Source: Chiloscyllium plagiosum
Lineage: Eukaryota
Assembly (NCBI RefSeq): GCF_004010195.1
Contig: NC_057733.1
Coordinates: 28,355,637-28,419,636 of the forward strand
Length of the DNA stretch: 64,000 nucleotides
Reading direction: 5' to 3'
Part shown: in pieces, positions 62,596 through 64,000 of the stretch
Layout: the number at the start of each line of letters is the position of its first letter
How positions within the stretch are numbered: position 1 is the first letter of the stretch
Position numbers and translations under genes: made by a program
Notes under the pieces: generated by a model
Told to the model about the DNA's origin: nothing
What the model saw: the letters and a program-made list of their open reading frames with translations, nothing else
Database searches by the model: none

Positions 62596-62954
62596 GAGTG
62601 CCTGTGCATTGTATGGTCCTAACAGTTGATGTTCAGAAACTGCCAAAGTCAATGGAAGTAGTTGTCCAAACACTTGGATTGTGTTTAGATCATGCAAGTC
62701 TTTAATGCATAGAAATGTGTAGGTCAATTGTTGTGCAGATGTTTGTTATATAGACTTGCTGGCGTTCATTCCAGACAGCTGTCAGTCTGTTGAAGGTTGT
62801 ATTTGGCAAGTCTTGCATATTTGATCAATAAACCAGTGTCCTGCAGAAATATTTTTCTGCAATGCTGTGAGGGTCTTTTAATTGAAATAGAGTTCAAAAT
62901 GGAGCTTCCTCTGGAGCAGGCTAGCTCTTTACTTCAGTGTCAATCCAGGACCAT

Positions 62955-63600
62955 GATTTGGAGTTGCTGGTGTTGCATTGGGCTGGACAACATTTAAAAT
63001 AACACAACACCAGGTTATAGTCCAACAGTGGGGCGGCACAGTGGTTAGCACTGCTGCCTCACATTGCCAGAGACCTGGGTTCAATTCCCGCCTCAGGCGA
63101 CTGACTGTGTGGAGTTTGCACGTTCTCCCTGTGTCTGCGTGGGTTTCCTCCGGGTGCTCCAGTTTCCTCCCACAGTCCAAAGATGTGCAGGTCAGGTGAA
63201 TTGGCCATGCTAAATTGCCCGCAGTGTTAGGTAAGGGGTAAATGTAGGGGTATAGGTGGGTTGCGCTTCGGCGGGTGTGTGGACTTGTTGGGCCAAAGGG
63301 CCTGTTTCCACACTGTAAGTAATCTAATCTAAGTTTATTTGGAAGCACTAGCTCTTGACGTGTGGCCTCCATCAGGTGGTTGCAGAACCTGACCATACAA
63401 TGCAGAATTTATAGCATAAGGGTAAGTGTCATTCAGTTGTAATGAGATATTAAACTTTAGTTTTGGTTGTTGAACATATTGCTACAACTCATGACACTAA
63501 CGCCTTCGCTACAAATTCTGCATTGTATGGTCACGTTCTGCAACCACCTGATAAAGAGGCCACTCCTCAAAAGCTGGTGCTTCCACTTAAACTGGTGGGT
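62955..63600. mobile_element. Fold-back PLE-type element, family D, interrupted by an HE1 SINE
   Basis: Inverted arms atcaggtggttgcagaac...catacaatgcagaattt / aaattctgcattgtatg...gttctgcaaccacctgat with decayed hammerhead-like cores. Confidence 0.7.
63029..63332 (+). mobile_element. HE1-type tRNA-derived V-SINE (young copy)
   Basis: Box A/B, V-domain, CR1-like 3' end, aatct tail; near-identical to 5553-5865. Confidence 0.9.
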
Positions 63601-64000
63601 TTGTTTTTAGTACAATGGAACATGACAACTAGTTCTGGATTCAAACAGTTCAGATCTGGCAATAATCCACAAACAGGAAATCGTATGGCATCTTCTTGGA
63701 GACTTTAATCTTAACAGTTGCCTCTGATTTGAGGGCTTTCCAGTTTGTACAATGTCACTTATTCTTGATGCTTCAGTGCATGGTGATGAATAAACAGTTG
63801 TCAGTATGCAGGTTTTCTTTCCTGACTAAGTCAGATTCTTTTTGGACATGTGAACATTCTTTTATGCAACTGTCGAACCTTTACGGTGGATTTCAAGGCA
63901 GCTGCATTTCTTTAATTTTCAACAGCTGCTATCCATTAGATAAGCTTGGTCAACAAAATTCCTGATAATCTATCATTTTGGCTAGCTTCTAAAACCTCCA

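Overview
Repeat-rich vertebrate genomic DNA from a cartilaginous fish (HE1-type V-SINEs and HER1/CR1 LINEs point to a shark), with two assembly gaps (9094-9568, 12667-13335). The core is the vertebrate METTL23-JMJD6-MXRA7 block: METTL23 (- strand, 5 coding exons, 234 aa) and JMJD6 (+ strand, 6 coding exons, 403 aa) are head-to-head around a 289-bp CpG-rich bidirectional promoter, and the first exon of a probable MXRA7 follows at ~56 kb. The left 13 kb holds CR1 remnants, a GPR139-like GPCR pseudogene, a partial tRNA-Gly pseudogene and an LTR-like fragment. The most striking non-genic signal is a set of at least four families of short Penelope-like-element (PLE)-derived inserts. They carry a minimal hammerhead-ribozyme motif (CTGANGA-stem II-GAAA-palindromic ACGT/AGCT-cleavage triplet), often form fold-back palindromes and are flanked by 10-16 bp target-site duplications. 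One large copy retains GIY-YIG endonuclease sequence in both arms and an intact hammerhead core in the sense strand of JMJD6 intron 5. Repeat boundaries are approximate and were read by eye.
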